From Coniocarpon cinnabarinum (lineage: Eukaryota), in the NCBI GenBank assembly GCA_051942205.1, contig JAVECO010000123.1, positions 1 through 64,000 of the forward strand: a DNA stretch of 64,000 bases, given 5' to 3'. Positions 11,652 through 24,936 of this stretch are shown piece by piece. The notes beneath the pieces were generated by a model that saw only the letters and a list, made by a program, of their open reading frames with translations, did no database searches and had not been told where the DNA came from. Both the position numbers and the translations under genes were made by a program. How positions within the stretch are numbered: position 1 is the stretch's first letter; every line of letters begins with the position of its first letter.

Positions 11652-13809
11652 GATTGCTGATGGCTGAGATGCTGATGGCTGTGAAGCCTTTCTCGGTGAA
11701 GGCCAATGCAAGACAGGGCTGCAGCTGAACTAAAGCAATCGCAATCACGTCTGCCAAGAGTGAATCGTGGAGAAGGCCATCGAAGAAAGTGAGAAAGTTG
11801 GAGAGAGGACTAAAGAGATCGATAGGCAATGAGTGTTCATGATTGGTGATAAGCTTGCAGATAGCCTGTCGTCAAGATAGTAATCTTGGTAATATACGTT
11901 TGAAGGGCCCGCGTCGGTGTAAATATTCCTATTCGGTGTGCGCGCCTGCATTTTGCTGAACTGTTGCTGACGTATCTTACTTCGGATCTGCTAGTTCGCT
12001 GCCACGATATATCTGCCTACCTGATTTTACCTTGCACGTAGGCAACTAGTCTCGAATTTGACACCAATACCGATTCTTGTAAATGCCACTGTGACAAAAT
12101 GCTATTGCCGGAAGCTGAACATCCTAAATACCGTCAAGCATTTTGCTTCGACTTAGAGCAGTTGTACGAGCTGTTGAGTTGTTCAATGTGACACATTCGC
12201 AAAAAATTGCGGCCGGCAACCATGAAGTCGGCGACAGTTGCCGAAGGTTAAGCAACAGATGTTTTCGATTTTTTTTTTGAGTATTTCCATTGTCCTAGAG
12301 TAGCAGCTCTTGCTGGAGAACTGTTAGGTTAAACGCGAACGAACGTTAGATTCATGGAAAAACATTATGCTTTTAAATGCTGCTATGGGAGGCAGCAATT
12401 GGGGTGCTCGAAGAATAGCGATCTGCACTGGAGCGAATTTCATTTCTGATGTTGAGTAGCAAACTGGTCGCCAGCGGATAATTGTTAGTCCGAGAATCTA
12501 AGCAGTAGCCTCTCGCAACGACCAAGGGCTGGTACCATCGCAGCAAAGGAAAAGATAGTTTGTCAATAGACAAGGCTGCGTGTTCTTTATAATGTACTGG
12601 CTATATTCTTCAAAATTATGGATTCTATTTCATAAGGGTTATCACAAATGATGAGATAGCTTAAGTCTTATGTAAGCACTAAGGAACTACTTCTCTCCCT
12701 CTGGTGGACGAAAGTGGGCCATCCCATCGGCTATTCACCGCTCAGAGTCTTCAGGAACCGTCGAAGCTACAGTGCGTCGGATCAACTCTCTAAGCTCCTG
12801 TGAGCTCTTTCGGCTTAGTGATGTATGCACATCAGAAGGCGCAGCCACTGGGTCCACGGGCTCTGTGAATGTGCCTACGGGCGGCGAGACTCGCTCTGCG
12901 CGACTTGCACTAGTACCATTCCCTAACATGTTGCATTCCTGCTCTAAAAGATAAAACTCGTAATCCCCGGCCCTCGCTCTACGTGGATCCGGTCTAACTG
13001 AACGGCTTGCAGCAGGTAGCCCTAAATCGTCCCACCACTCTGGCGTGGCAGACTAAAAAGATACAAAGGGCGTGGCGCGACCAGGAGTCAGCGGTGCGGC
13101 ATCTAATATAGTAATTACACGTGTACCTTGTGAAGGGGCTCACAATGCAGTTAACAGAGAGTGTTCCTGTGCGAGTTTCTGGGTTCGCGGTGTGGTCCTT
13201 GGTCTTGTCCTCGTTAGCGCAAGCATTCCAATTGATTGAGGCGCCTATCAAACATCTCGGAAGACGACTTGAGCTGTTGAAGCTTCTTGCGCATTTCTTT
13301 TATCATAGTGGTAAGCTCTGTGACATGCTCCGCAAGCTCGTCAACTTTCTTCTCTCGCCTTCCACTCTGTCGGTCGGTCAAAGTGCAATCATCCACGAGA
13401 AGACCTTTGTTACTACGTCTTTAATCGCTGGATGCTGTCAAACTGGACACCGCGGCATGGGCCTTAGACGAGAGTACTCGCTGTAGAACAATTCAATGCT
13501 AAATGAGAACCGGGGGCTTTCTGCTATCGTAGTCAGAGCTTTAAAACCCCATTTTCCTTATCGTAAAGGCTCACAGCCTAGACTAAAATCAAGTGATAAC
13601 TTCTGTCCCTGACCCTTACCAAAGGCATCGGACGCAGACTTAGTACATGGAAGATAAGTCAAAATTGTGTAGCTCAGCACGCTTCTAATACAAGCAATCC
13701 AAGGTAACAGTGATGGCCAAAGTCAAGTTATATTGCGTTAATTAGTCAGGTAACGAAGCCGCCCTTCGTTTTACGTTTGTACGTGAACTATGTCGATACG
13801 TGGGGTCCA

Positions 13810-14857
13810 TTATTGTGCCATCACGCCCAATTCTGCATTTGGGGCCTCAGCCTTGAGCAAATCGACAGTCTCACTCCATAGCTTGGATTGGATTGTGCTG
13901 GCCTCCGTGGACTGGACGAAATCCGACGGCCTGCGACGGAGAAACAGTCAGCTTGAAAGGAACGCCAGGAGCACAAGACGAGCATTTTGCCACTTACGGC
14001 TTTATGGTTTGCTCACTGAGGTACGAGCCATGGCTTGAGGAGTCACCGTGACAGACGGCAGCATCAGCAAGACAGAAGCCGCCTTGAGCTGTGGACCAGG
14101 CGAAGACGCGCTTGAAGGCATAAAGAATGGAGCTGCTATCATCACGATGCAGAGAGCTCCAGCAGAGCCCCGGGTTGACTATATTGACAATGACCTGACG
14201 ATGGCTCACACGAGATGCAAGCTCACGTGCCCAGAGGACATTCAAAAGCTTGGAGGTGTTGTATCGTTCTGGTGCTCCAAATGTCTGCTTCTTATCCATC
14301 TCTTGAAGGATGTTCGGCGCATTTCGCTCTTTGAAAGACGCCCACATATGCACTTCAGAGGTTGTGATCGTCAAGCGGGCTGGTCGTTTGGTGAGCTCGG
14401 ATGTGGCCTGTAGACGTGGCAGAAGCAGCAGCGACAACAAGGCAGTGGCGAGATGATTCACCTGCACCGTACTCTCATGGCCAGTCGGTGATACAGACCA
14501 ATTAACTTTGTTGACTCCAGCATTTAAGATCGCCACATCAAGACGATCTAGAGCCTTCACTTTCTGGCCCAGCTGAGTAATACTTTCGAATGACTCGCAG
14601 TCAAGCTCCCAAACATCGATGATATGGTCGGGATGGCTCTGTAAAAGAGACTCTCTGGCTTGATGGCCCTTGGAAACGGAGCGGACTGCAAGAATGACAC
14701 GGGCAGGCCCATGAGCAAGGAGTTCCAGAACCGCTTCAAACCCGAGGCCTGTGTTAGAACCAGTGACCAATACGGTTTGACCAGATAGATCGATATCACT
14801 TGGGAGCGGCAGAGGGTTAAAGACAAGCTGTCTGTACATGAAATCAAAGAAACCCAT
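13810..14857 (-). CDS. Short-chain dehydrogenase/reductase (retinol dehydrogenase-like)
   Basis: ATG at 14857 (MGFFDF), TGSNTGLG, LNAGV, YNTSK catalytic motif, VNPG. A terminal intron (about 13930-13997) leads to the last exon PSDFVQS...LWSET...AQ* (TAA 13810-13812). Confidence 0.88.
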
Positions 14858-16740
14858 CTTTACAAGATGGACAGGTGAATTGGTGGCAGTTAGTGAATCA
14901 CAGCAACGACATGTGGGACAAGGAGAGAAGGGACGGTGAGGCGTGGAATGATGGATACTCATCTTGGGCCAGAAAGGGGCGTCAGATTCTGATAAGCACG
15001 TTGCAGACAAAGCGCGAAGGAGGCACAGCAACGAGGATGAACTGCCAGGCAAACTACTACGACGACTGTGGAAGATGGGGGCGCTGTTGGGGCGCATCAG
15101 TGAGGGATTTTGGGGGCGCGTAACCCCTAAAAGCGGAGCGAAATAGTGGCTTGTCGAGCGTAGTTTAGCGTCCGTAGCACTCCCGCATTTCCCATGGTTT
15201 ACTACTACAAGCAGGCTTGATGGCCTTGTCTCACCAGTGTCCGATACCACGAGGAGCAACATTCTCGACCTCCAGCTGCTGCCTCCCATAGTGGCGTACA
15301 TAATTTTCAGCCATTCGAAACGCTGACATCAAATCCACTCAATGACAAGAGCGGCTGCGGTTTGTCTCGACAGCAACCCACCTTATGGGTACCGCTTTAG
15401 CTGCTGCCTCCCAAAGCGGCTTTGGTTATTTAAAACTCCTATATCATCATAACAATCCCATCAAGTTTCAATTAACTCAAGATCAGACATCTTTGCTGAT
15501 TTTCAACAACGTTCAACTCAAAACCATGTCGCGGAGTGTTCCGCACCTTCCTAGGTCAGTCACCATCTGTCTTCAGCTTCTCATCATTCGACAATAAGGC
15601 ATTCGTGGTCTATACCTTGAGTCTATCATTTTCGGAAAATTGTTTAACTACTATGAGTGGTTGTTTGCTTTCAAACCTGGTATGCACTGTGACTTTCTCT
15701 TGCTTCTTGGCTCTTTTTTCCCCTCTTTCCTTTGCCAGAGCTTTGAGCTGGCAGTAAAATCCTAGTCGAGCTGCCAGAGTTCTGACTTGAAATGTTTCGG
15801 CTTGTCTAGAGTATCAATAGCTCGAGCACAACCAATCGATCAACGGTGATCGATCGCATAATTGACTATCATATTACCGATCTTCTCTCGTCACTCTTTC
15901 AGAAACATAGAAAAGGACAACGTCCTACCCGACGCTCCACACAACTTCTTCCACGTTTTCAACTAGACTGCTGCTAAGTATTAGACTCGTAACCAACAAG
16001 AACGCCCGTGTCATCACGAAAATCGCCATCGCCGAAGAAAGAATACTTTCACTTGTTCAACTAACGCTTCCAATGCTACATCTTGTAACCCTCTCGTCGT
16101 CACAGTGTCACAAATGTCGACGCGCCATGGCTTCATCTTTGAGCATCCCTCATATTTGGTTGTGTAAGCAGCTAATCTCAGTCCTCTGTCGCGTTTCGTG
16201 GTCGAGCTTCTGGGACTTCATCGTCAGCGTACTTTGCGAAGTCCTCGAGTATCATGCTGTCTACACTTCTTCGCGTAGAGAGTGAGCGGGTTGCGCGCTC
16301 AAGACTAGCTGACGGTGCCCTTTGCGGTTGTCGCGGCGGTGATGCCTTCTTCTTGCGACGTGATGTGCTAGTGGTGACAGATATAGGGATTGATTTTAGT
16401 GGTAGGGGCTCTTTAAACTGCCGAATTGGCGGCGGTGTGCGCCGTGGACGGGTTCCGCCTATCCCACCTCCCGAAAAAGCACTCTCGCACTGTTGGCCGG
16501 TGACAGCTTGAAGTCACCATCGCTTTTATCTCGGGGGTTTGCGTTTAAAGGAAGAAGATTCGCGGGAAAGTCAGCGTAGTCATAGGGACCGCGCGTGATA
16601 TGCGCTTCCTCTGACTTCAATGTAAGCAAATCACTTATCACAAGACTGCTCGCTTTCTTTGGACAAGTTTACCTTAATGGCAGACAGTCTGCTTTGCTCA
16701 CTGAGGTACGCTGAAGTGTGTCAGACAATGCGGTAAGCGT

Positions 16741-17180
16741 CTTGAACGATAGTACTTGCCGCACGATAATTCAGTGTTGGATGCGGATCAGTAGCTTTCG
16801 CCATCATACTGAGAGCTTTGAAGCCTGAAAAATTCCTTATCTCGAAGGCTCGCTGCCCACACGGAAACAATCTGGCCAAGACTTTCGTCTGGGGCTTTTA
16901 CGAGTACTTGCCGCACAACAATGCGGTGCTGAGTAGGGCTTTGAAGACTTTCGCCACCATATTGAGAGCTTTGAAGCTCCACACTTCCTCTGCTTAGAAG
17001 CTCGCTGTCGAGGCTGGAATCTGGCAATGACTTCTGTCTATAATGCCTCTGCCAGGACCTTGAACGACAGTACCTGCCGCACGACAATCCAGTGCTATAG
17101 AAGGCTTAGGGTGCTTTCGCCGTCATACCTAGAACCTTGAGGCCTGATGTTTCCTCATCGTAAATGCTCGCTGCCTAGAC
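16741..17180. repeat. Three degenerate tandem repeats of about 150-165 bp (decayed coding repeat); a fourth diverged copy at about 18310-18415
   Basis: Recurring blocks AGTAC(T/C)TGCCGCAC (16751, 16903, 17069), CTTTCGCC..AT, GAGCTTTGAAGC and GCTCGCTG. Confidence 0.75.
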
Positions 17181-18753
17181 TGTAATTTAGTCACTACGTT
17201 TGTCCGTCACCCTAGTTGGAAACTTTCAGTCAGCGTGAAAGTGCTTTCCTTCAGCATCACTGAGGACCACTCACCGTTGCCGGAGTCGATCAACGCTGCA
17301 GCCAACGTCGAATACATTCTCATGGATTGGTCAAAGATGCAGACGTTGTTTGCAAACATCGCTGATCAAGTGGTGCGCGATGAGTCAAAAGCTCTGACTT
17401 GGGTAATGTAGCCGCTCAGACCTTGCTAGTCACTCCATGCTTCGTACCTCACACATCAGAGCGAAGCCGCTTGCATCAGACATGTCGCTGCATGCTGGAG
17501 CAGAGTAACAGAACAATTCTAACATTATCAAGCCCAGCAAGCTTTAGATCAGTATGATTGCCCATGTTAGATAAAGAGAAGGGCTGAGCCTCTATCTTTC
17601 TTGGCCTAGGGCTCATATTGTCGATGAACTGTTCAGTATCCGCGTCAAACAACACTACAATAGGTAGTCCTATTGATTCGGGTAGATAGACCTATTCGCT
17701 ATTAAGGAATACAAGACCGTCTCAACGTTCTCCTTTGAGCGACTGCGCAATAACCTCACCAAACACATTCCGCAATTAGTTGCGGAGCTTAACAGACGCG
17801 TCTTTGCGCGCACGTTCTCAGATGTTCAAGAGAAATGCAACGAGGGCGAAGAGCCTGTTCCTGCTGCTTATGACGGCTTGGACTTTCACATATGGTACCT
17901 TGTTAACGATAGTCGCCGCAAAGTAACGACTTTAAGACTCTGTAAAAGCATAACACGGTCCGCCTGCTCGATCCCCGTCGAAGTTGTTACTATGATTGTT
18001 AACGTCTACTGCTGCGAAAATTGATCTATTATATTAAGCGGTCTGTCGTGATTTGTGCACGCATTTACACTTACGCATCCTTAGAAGCCCTCAGTTTTAG
18101 CTGTAACAATGTACGCTCCTTCGACATTCATTGCTTAGTGCAGTTCAATTTGCTCCCAAGCGCCCTTCTAGCCTGCTACGCTGCGACATAGCGCTTGAAC
18201 TCCTATATTTCATAGCAACCAATACTCCTTTTACATGCTTTGAATTTTCACAAGAGCGAATATCTATGGTGCATTACTGGTATGTGCAATGAGACTGTTC
18301 TACTCCAAGACCTGCACAATAAGTCAGTCGCAAGTACGAGGCAGTGGACTTTCGCCCTTACACTACGAGCTTTGAGGCCCGATATTAGCTTAGCGTAAAG
18401 GCTCGCTACCCGGACCGCAATGTGGCGGCAGCAGTAATGACAGTATTTTCGTATATGCCCATGCTGTCTGACGAGATGTGGTCTGGCTCACCTGAGGATA
18501 TATTCGGCTTTCACGTTGAGTTTGCCTGCACATGTGCGCTCGCAAAGGGAAGACAAGAGTAAGGAGACAAGAATAACTGACCATGTTACAGAATGATCGA
18601 TTCATCTGTAGATGTCCTCTAGCTGAGAATATCTTCCAATAGTCAGAGGGTAACATTGCTTTGGTCCGCATAGAAGTCGGGAAGTAAAATGCAGAGCAAG
18701 TCTATGCCAATGATTTAGGGTATCCTTGATTATATCTGACAGGTTTGTGCTGC

Positions 18754-20870
18754 TTAAGGTAGTGCCAGCACCTTCTTCGAGCCCTCGTAAACGACGTAGG
18801 TGATCGAGACGGCCGGTACCACCTTGATTAAGTTCGGGGTTATGCCTTTGAACAGTCCATGAACACCCTCGCCTTTCACTGTCTGTCGCGTACAGTCAAC
18901 GATTCCATTGTAGGTTCGCGGATGCTCTTTGGTTCCCTGTGTTTGTAATCGCGTCCTCAAGAGGTTGATCGGGTAGACTAAGGAGGCACCAAAGGCACCT
19001 GAAAAGCCTCCAATGGCGGCTGTGAGCACAGAGCCAGGAGCGGCGTCGCTTTCACTGCAGCCCCGTCTCTTCATGTTACGTCTGATTATGGCTTTCTTGA
19101 GGGATTCAAACGTAAACAGGTCGATGGCTGAGTATGGGAACTGGCCCACCAAGCCCCATGTGAGACCGCGATAATAAGCGTAGAAGCCATTGGTTCTCCA
19201 CATTTTCTTCGCAGTGTCGGCAATGAGCTTGTTGCCGTAATTGCCACCTGCCTGGGTCTCGCATTGCATGCGGAACTTGCTACAACACTGTGAGCTCCCC
19301 GTAATGTCAGAGGAAAAGCGAAGGATGTGAACACCTACAGCGTGTCAAGAGGGTAAGCAAAGAACTGTGAGACGATGCCACCGATTCCTCCAGCGATAAA
19401 GCGGCCATGACCGCTGATTTGACCAGGCGTATCGTGACCTTCGAATCTAGCAATAGCCCTCTTTGAGGCCTCGTAACCACCAAATTTGATTGCGGACTCG
19501 GGCATCACTTTCACCACGTTAAGTCCATTACCTGAGTGACGTCAGCAATGAAAATTTAATGTCTGCAGGGCGGAGTTGCCTACCAGCAAACAAGCTTCGA
19601 ATGCCACCAGCTCTCCAGAGGGCTAGCCACGCATCACGCAGTGGACGTGCGGCGTGTTTTGAAGCCTCGAGGACGGCTCCACCTCGCGCAGCGTCCACCG
19701 CCTTGCTTGTAGGACTTGTTTGTGCAATCAAATAGACCTTAAGACTGCTTACACATCAGCTTGTGATGGTGCTGATGTTAAGCGGATAGCCACGTACCGA
19801 TCCAGTGGCGCTGTTGTCGTTCTCGACACAATGCCAGCCGTGGCACCCGCAAGAAAATAGCCTAATGACACGGGCACCCAAGCGGTCAGCCTCGATTTCC
19901 ATTTTATCGGAGCTTGAACGACTCTGACAGTCTCCTCAACGACTTTTTCCTGCGCTTCGAGCAGCGGCTTCTCGACCGGTGCAGAAGGCTGGGCAGTCAC
20001 GGTTTGTGGAGGTGCAATAGGCGGGTCTGGTGGCCGATGTTTTATGCGGGGCTGAGGATGTAGACCGAACAACTTGGCTAATGAGGAACGGGGCGGTGGA
20101 GTTGTACCTGCGCCTTGTCTTGTCTCTTCGCTCACATGTACATCGCCTTCTGCGTTGACCTTGACACTGGATGCGTAATAGGACATGACCGCTCTGAGAC
20201 CACTGCATAGTCCAACGTCAGCACAAGTAAGTACATAGCAGTGTCAACAGGATGGTACCCACGGGTGGTCCACTGGGACAAACAGTAGGAAGTCGCTGAG
20301 ATCGAACATGAGTATCTGAAAACGAGCAAAGTGGCCTCGATCTTACCGCCATTCTTCCCAAGTGATCACGCCGTCGTGATTGCGATCCACCGTGGAGAAG
20401 AACTCGTCTAGCCTCGCAGGTGCAATTGGCACACCAGCGCCGATGAAAGCCACCCTTAGCTCTTCCCTTGTGAGTTTTCCATTGTGGTTGCGGTCGATGT
20501 TTCGGAACAAGCCACTGAGCTCATCTTCTGCGTGCTTAACGAAAGTAGAAAATTCTTTTGACAAGCTATCAGCGCCTTATTAAGCATAAGTGCCGTCGGC
20601 ATACACACCGTTGAAGTAGATAATCCCGTCACTGTTAAGGTCGACTCGCTTGAAGACATCGTAAAGAAGGCCGCCGGCGTCCTTCAGAGCTGCGCTCAGT
20701 ATTAGCGAAGAAAACCCTTTCGTGAACAGCCGCATCTGCGCACGATGATCTGTGTCCCGTAACCCTGTTCTTAGATCGTCGAAGTTGAGCTGGCCCTTCT
20801 GGTTGGAGTCAAGGGACTTCCACAAGTCCACAATGCGCTTGTTCTGACGAAGAGCGCCATCTTCAGCCAT
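18754..20870 (-). CDS. SAL1: Ca2+-binding mitochondrial ATP-Mg/Pi carrier (SCaMC)
   Basis: Four EF-hands (DSNQKGQLNFDD, DLNSDGII, DRNHNGKLTREE, DRNHDGVITWEE) followed by three carrier repeats (TAPLDR, YPLDTL, YPINLLRTRLQ). Multi-exon. Confidence 0.93.
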
Positions 20871-21339
20871 GATCGGGTTGGTGCATGAATGCTATCTGTG
20901 AGCCATGGCGAGGTTGCGATAACAGGTTGTTTGCGGAAAGCAAGTTGTGCTGTTTTGAAGACAGCTCGGTTCAGAACTTGACAGCGCCGGAACAGCGAAG
21001 CCACGTGTCGATCTCAGGACTGAAGTGATGAAGTAGGGAGTGCACGCCCTCGAATATGATGTTTCCTGGTAATGACCGGTCATCTAGAGGAATCACGTAG
21101 GCAGCTCAATGATCGGATAGCAAGATGAGGTCTCGCCAACCCACCGTGTCCGCGTTTCCGCCCTTCGGAGCTTTCGGAGTCTGCTCCACCAAAGCACATG
21201 TCACGTGACTTGATGATCACCCCCTCGCGTAGTAATACAGTCTTCACTCACAAACCGTGATATCGCTTCTGCACAGGATATCGACGATGTCCGATTTCGC
21301 TGACAATGTGTGGCCAGCACAGTTCATTCTGAGCCCATC

Positions 21340-22241
21340 ATGAACAGCGAGGATGAGCAGCTCAGGAAACGTTTCCCTTTGCCGGAGCCTATGACTATTG
21401 TGTACTACTATCTACAGCAGCGTGAGCCCTGCTCTATCATATCAATAGCGGTGCCAACTCTAACATGTTTCCTAAGAAATCCTCAAGCTCGGTAAGCGCT
21501 TACAGGTTCCCCAAGTAGCTCTAGCAACAGCCCAGGCATATATTTTGCGCTTCTACACAAATGTCAATCTCCGCAAAACGAATCCTTTTCTTATATTAAC
21601 AACGGCTTTTTATCTGGCTCTTAAAGTGGGGGAATGCCCACAGCACATTAGAATGGTGGTGAATGAGGCGCGTGGGTTTTGGCCTGGTGCGACTTTCTCG
21701 GCTCCCTTCCAGGCTTATGTAGCTGACTTGTTTGGCAGACGCTTTGCAAGGGGTAGAAGCACCCACATTGGGAGAGTGCGAATTTGTGCTGATTCAAGAG
21801 CTCAACGCGCAGCTTGTGCAACATCTTCCCTATGGAGATCTGATAGAAATCAAGGACGAACTTGGCTTGACACAAGAGGAGACAACGCTCTCTTGGCATG
21901 CCATCAACGACTTCCACGCTACCACAGTAGTGCTAGCGCACACGCCACGCACAATTGCCGCAGCTGCCATCAGCGTTGTGATTGCCGTGCGGCCAAGTTC
22001 TGGTAGCAGCAATTTGAGTCACCTAAACACGACGTCTGTGGCCGAGAGACAAGGGCCGGAGCAAACAAAACAGGAAAAGCTCGCTACGTGGTTGGCTAAA
22101 AGCCAGTTGAGTCTCGAGGCTGTAGCAGATTGCACTCAGGCCCTCGTGTCCTTATACACAGCCCTCGAGAAGTACAGCGACAGCGTCTGTAAGCAGCAAC
22201 TCATGACTCTGGCTCGTGCTCGAGGTATCGCTGGTGTCTGA
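21340..22241 (+). CDS. SSN8: Cyclin C (Mediator kinase-module cyclin), divergent; start uncertain
   Basis: [71 protein letters not shown]|..[22 protein letters not shown]. Two introns. Confidence 0.85.
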
Positions 22242-23185
22242 AGCGTCCAACTATTAAGGGCTTGACTAAGGATGTTGCCAACATTTGAAATCCCTGTTCT
22301 CCAGCGCCCAGATGGCACCACCAAGAATCAGAATCTATCAAAAAAGTTACGAAAGCGCAGTGGCATTCACCAGCGAGCAACCACTTGTGAACCCTGAGCC
22401 TATGGACAACCTCACACTGACATTTACGCCTTTGGCTGCCTCCCTTACGGTTCAAGGAGGCGATGCATGCCAAAGGAAACCAATAGATCGCGAAGTTCGC
22501 AACATCGTGAGGTTGATAGCATTCGCATCGTACTGGCCATGTGCTTACCGAGACCGTCAAGACAGAAATGCCCACCCAGCTCCTCAACGCAGCGGCCCTG
22601 TTCAAGAAGAAACTTTTCGGCAACGGCTCATTGCGCAGGTGGAGAAGCAAGAGCCACATGGGCTTTAAACAAACGTGTGCAAAGGTTTCGAAGTGTATTG
22701 CGGCAAGGACAAGCGGCTGCGGGCTTGGCAAAAAGGAGCATTAAAGTGCTTCTGATCGGCAAACGAGACAAGACCCTGATCTACACAAGGTACATCATAA
22801 TCTGGCATTCTTAGCAGCCTAGATTTGCTTCACCGCAGGATGTTGACCTTTCCAAAGTGTCCTGTGGACCGATCTACGTTTTCGACTTGGATACTATACG
22901 CGCTCGGAATGGTGGGGGAGCTTGTGGAGTATCCACTTGCTTGTCAGTGGGGCCGTGGTTAGTACTTTGCGTTGCACGGCAGGCAACAACGCTACTCATC
23001 AGAGAAGACTGCTGTGAAGCCCCTGGTACAGTGGTACGAGTATATTGACTATAAGGATCTCTAGCGCTTATAATGCTTGCAACCCGTAATCATTCAAGGA
23101 GTCCTTTAAGCCCACGTGAACGCCCTCAGGTTTGCAACACGTTGGCGGACTGAAAAGCGTCATCAAAGCGTCATCAAAGATCATC

Positions 23186-24745
23186 ATGGGACTGCCCATC
23201 CTTTCAGTCCCGGTCTATCTGACATTACTCATCGCATGCTATAGTCTCTGGAATCTCTACCAACGCATAACGCGGTCCTACCTGGAGCGTCAACATGCTT
23301 GCTCTGCGCCGCGTAGCGCGGATGAAAGGAGCTATCTGTTTGGCTTTGATCATGCCATCGATTTCCTAGTCGCAGCAAAGCAGAATCGCAACAATGCTTC
23401 CACAAGAGAGAAGATCATTAAATATGGCAACACCTTCCAGATGAGCGCTCTGAGAGGCGGTAGGAAAGTCATCTCCATTGAGCCACAGAACCTCAAGGCA
23501 GTGTTTGCTTCGGACTTCCCCTCTTGGGGTCTGCAGCAAATGCGACTGTTCCCGTTCGAGCCATTCATTGGGCCTGGCATTATGGTCACTGATGGAGACC
23601 TGTGGAAAGTATCCCGTGGCCTTATACAGCCCGCTTTTGCCAGGGCACAGATCGCCGACTTTTCGAGATTAGACGGACACGTTGAGCGTCTTCTGAGGAA
23701 AATCCCTTCAGACGGCTCGACAATCGACCTACAGCCATTATTTGCGCTCTTTGGGCTTGACACTTCCACTGATTTCCTGTTTGGAGAGTCAGTTGGCTGC
23801 TTAGAGGAACAAGAGTGTGGAGACAAGACTCCTAAAAGACAGGATTTTGATGCTCAGGCTTTTATTAGCGCCTGCAACCACTGTCAGGTAGTGATAGGCA
23901 AAAGGATGCAGCTGCCTCACTGGAACGTGTTCACGCGAGATCGCAATTTCTGGAAGTCTTGTCAGAGGGCAAAGCAGTTTGTTGAATCACACGTCAACAG
24001 GATATACGCGCAGGACCACACGCAAGCTGAGAAGGGTCTTTCTAAGCCGTCTCGCTTTATTCTTGCGAATGAGCTTGCCAAAGAAACGACAGACCGAAAT
24101 TTAGTTCGCGACCAGCTGCTGAACGTCTTCATGCCTGCACGCGATGCATCTGCGGTCACCCTCACCAATGTTTTCTTTCAGCTTGCTCGCCATCCTGCAA
24201 TATGGTCGAAACTACGTGACGAGATTCTTTCGTCAAATGCTGCACTGTCAGCCGGCAAGGATCCAGATGGAGTCTTTGCAGGTCTTAAGTCTTTAAAGTA
24301 TCTGCAGCACGTCATTCAAGAGACATTACGGTTACATCCTCCCATTGGGCTGGTGACTCGCGTGGCTGTTCGTGACACCGTGCTTCCCATCGGTGGTGGG
24401 AAGGACGGGTTGCAGAGAATTCTCATGCGCAAAGGAGACGTGTTCCAGGTCAGCTACTATGCGCTGCATCGATCCAAAGAAGTTTATGGAGAGGACGCAG
24501 ATGACTTCCGTCCAGAACGATGGACGCAACTTCGACCTCCACACTGGGCCTTTGCGCCATTCAGTGGGGGGCCACGGCACTGCCCAGGACAGCAGATCGC
24601 CCTAGCCGAAATAAGTTACGCGATGGTGAAATTCCTGAAAGCTTTCAAGCACATAGAGAATCGTGATCCTGTTCTTGCATTCGTTGAAAACTACAAGATA
24701 ACCACCGACAGTGCAAATGGGGCAAAGGTCGCTTTTACAGCATGA
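23186..24745 (+). CDS. Cytochrome P450 (CYP52-clan-like), intronless
   Basis: N-terminal TM anchor, ETLR, PERW and haem motif FSGGPRHCPG. The I-helix reads LNVFMPARDASA instead of the usual AGRDTTA. Confidence 0.93.
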   Translation: MGLPILSVPVYLTLLIACYSLWNLYQRITRSYLERQHACSAPRSADERSYLFGFDHAIDFLVAAKQNRNNASTREKIIKYGNTFQMSALRGGRKVISIEPQNLKAVFASDFPSWGLQQMRLFPFEPFIGPGIMVTDGDLWKVSRGLIQPAFARAQIADFSRLDGHVERLLRKIPSDGSTIDLQPLFALFGLDTSTDFLFGESVGCLEEQECGDKTPKRQDFDAQAFISACNHCQVVIGKRMQLPHWNVFTRDRNFWKSCQRAKQFVESHVNRIYAQDHTQAEKGLSKPSRFILANELAKETTDRNLVRDQLLNVFMPARDASAVTLTNVFFQLARHPAIWSKLRDEILSSNAALSAGKDPDGVFAGLKSLKYLQHVIQETLRLHPPIGLVTRVAVRDTVLPIGGGKDGLQRILMRKGDVFQVSYYALHRSKEVYGEDADDFRPERWTQLRPPHWAFAPFSGGPRHCPGQQIALAEISYAMVKFLKAFKHIENRDPVLAFVENYKITTDSANGAKVAFTA

Positions 24746-24936
24746 TCTGCATCCTGCCCGGTACGGGTGATATCAGCAGCCAGCACTGCAAAAGCCTCAG
24801 ACGGAGTACTCACGCCGCGATGGTTCAGCGTATCATGAAATGCAAAGGGCTGTCGCCGTTATACTCATAGCTTTGCGATCTGAGATTCTCTCGTCGTGCT
24901 TCAGGATCGATCCCTATTTTCGCAACCTTCTCTGTT

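Noticed and set aside
11900..13700. Transposon in the gene-poor interval
   Set aside because: No terminal repeats, target-site duplications or transposase/RT motifs visible by eye.
13810..14857. SDR as a cluster reductase
   Set aside because: Separated from the cluster by two housekeeping genes, so membership is unsupported.
22201..22814. Overlapping 115-176 aa ORFs between cyclin C and the P450
   Set aside because: Several competing frames and no recognisable domain.
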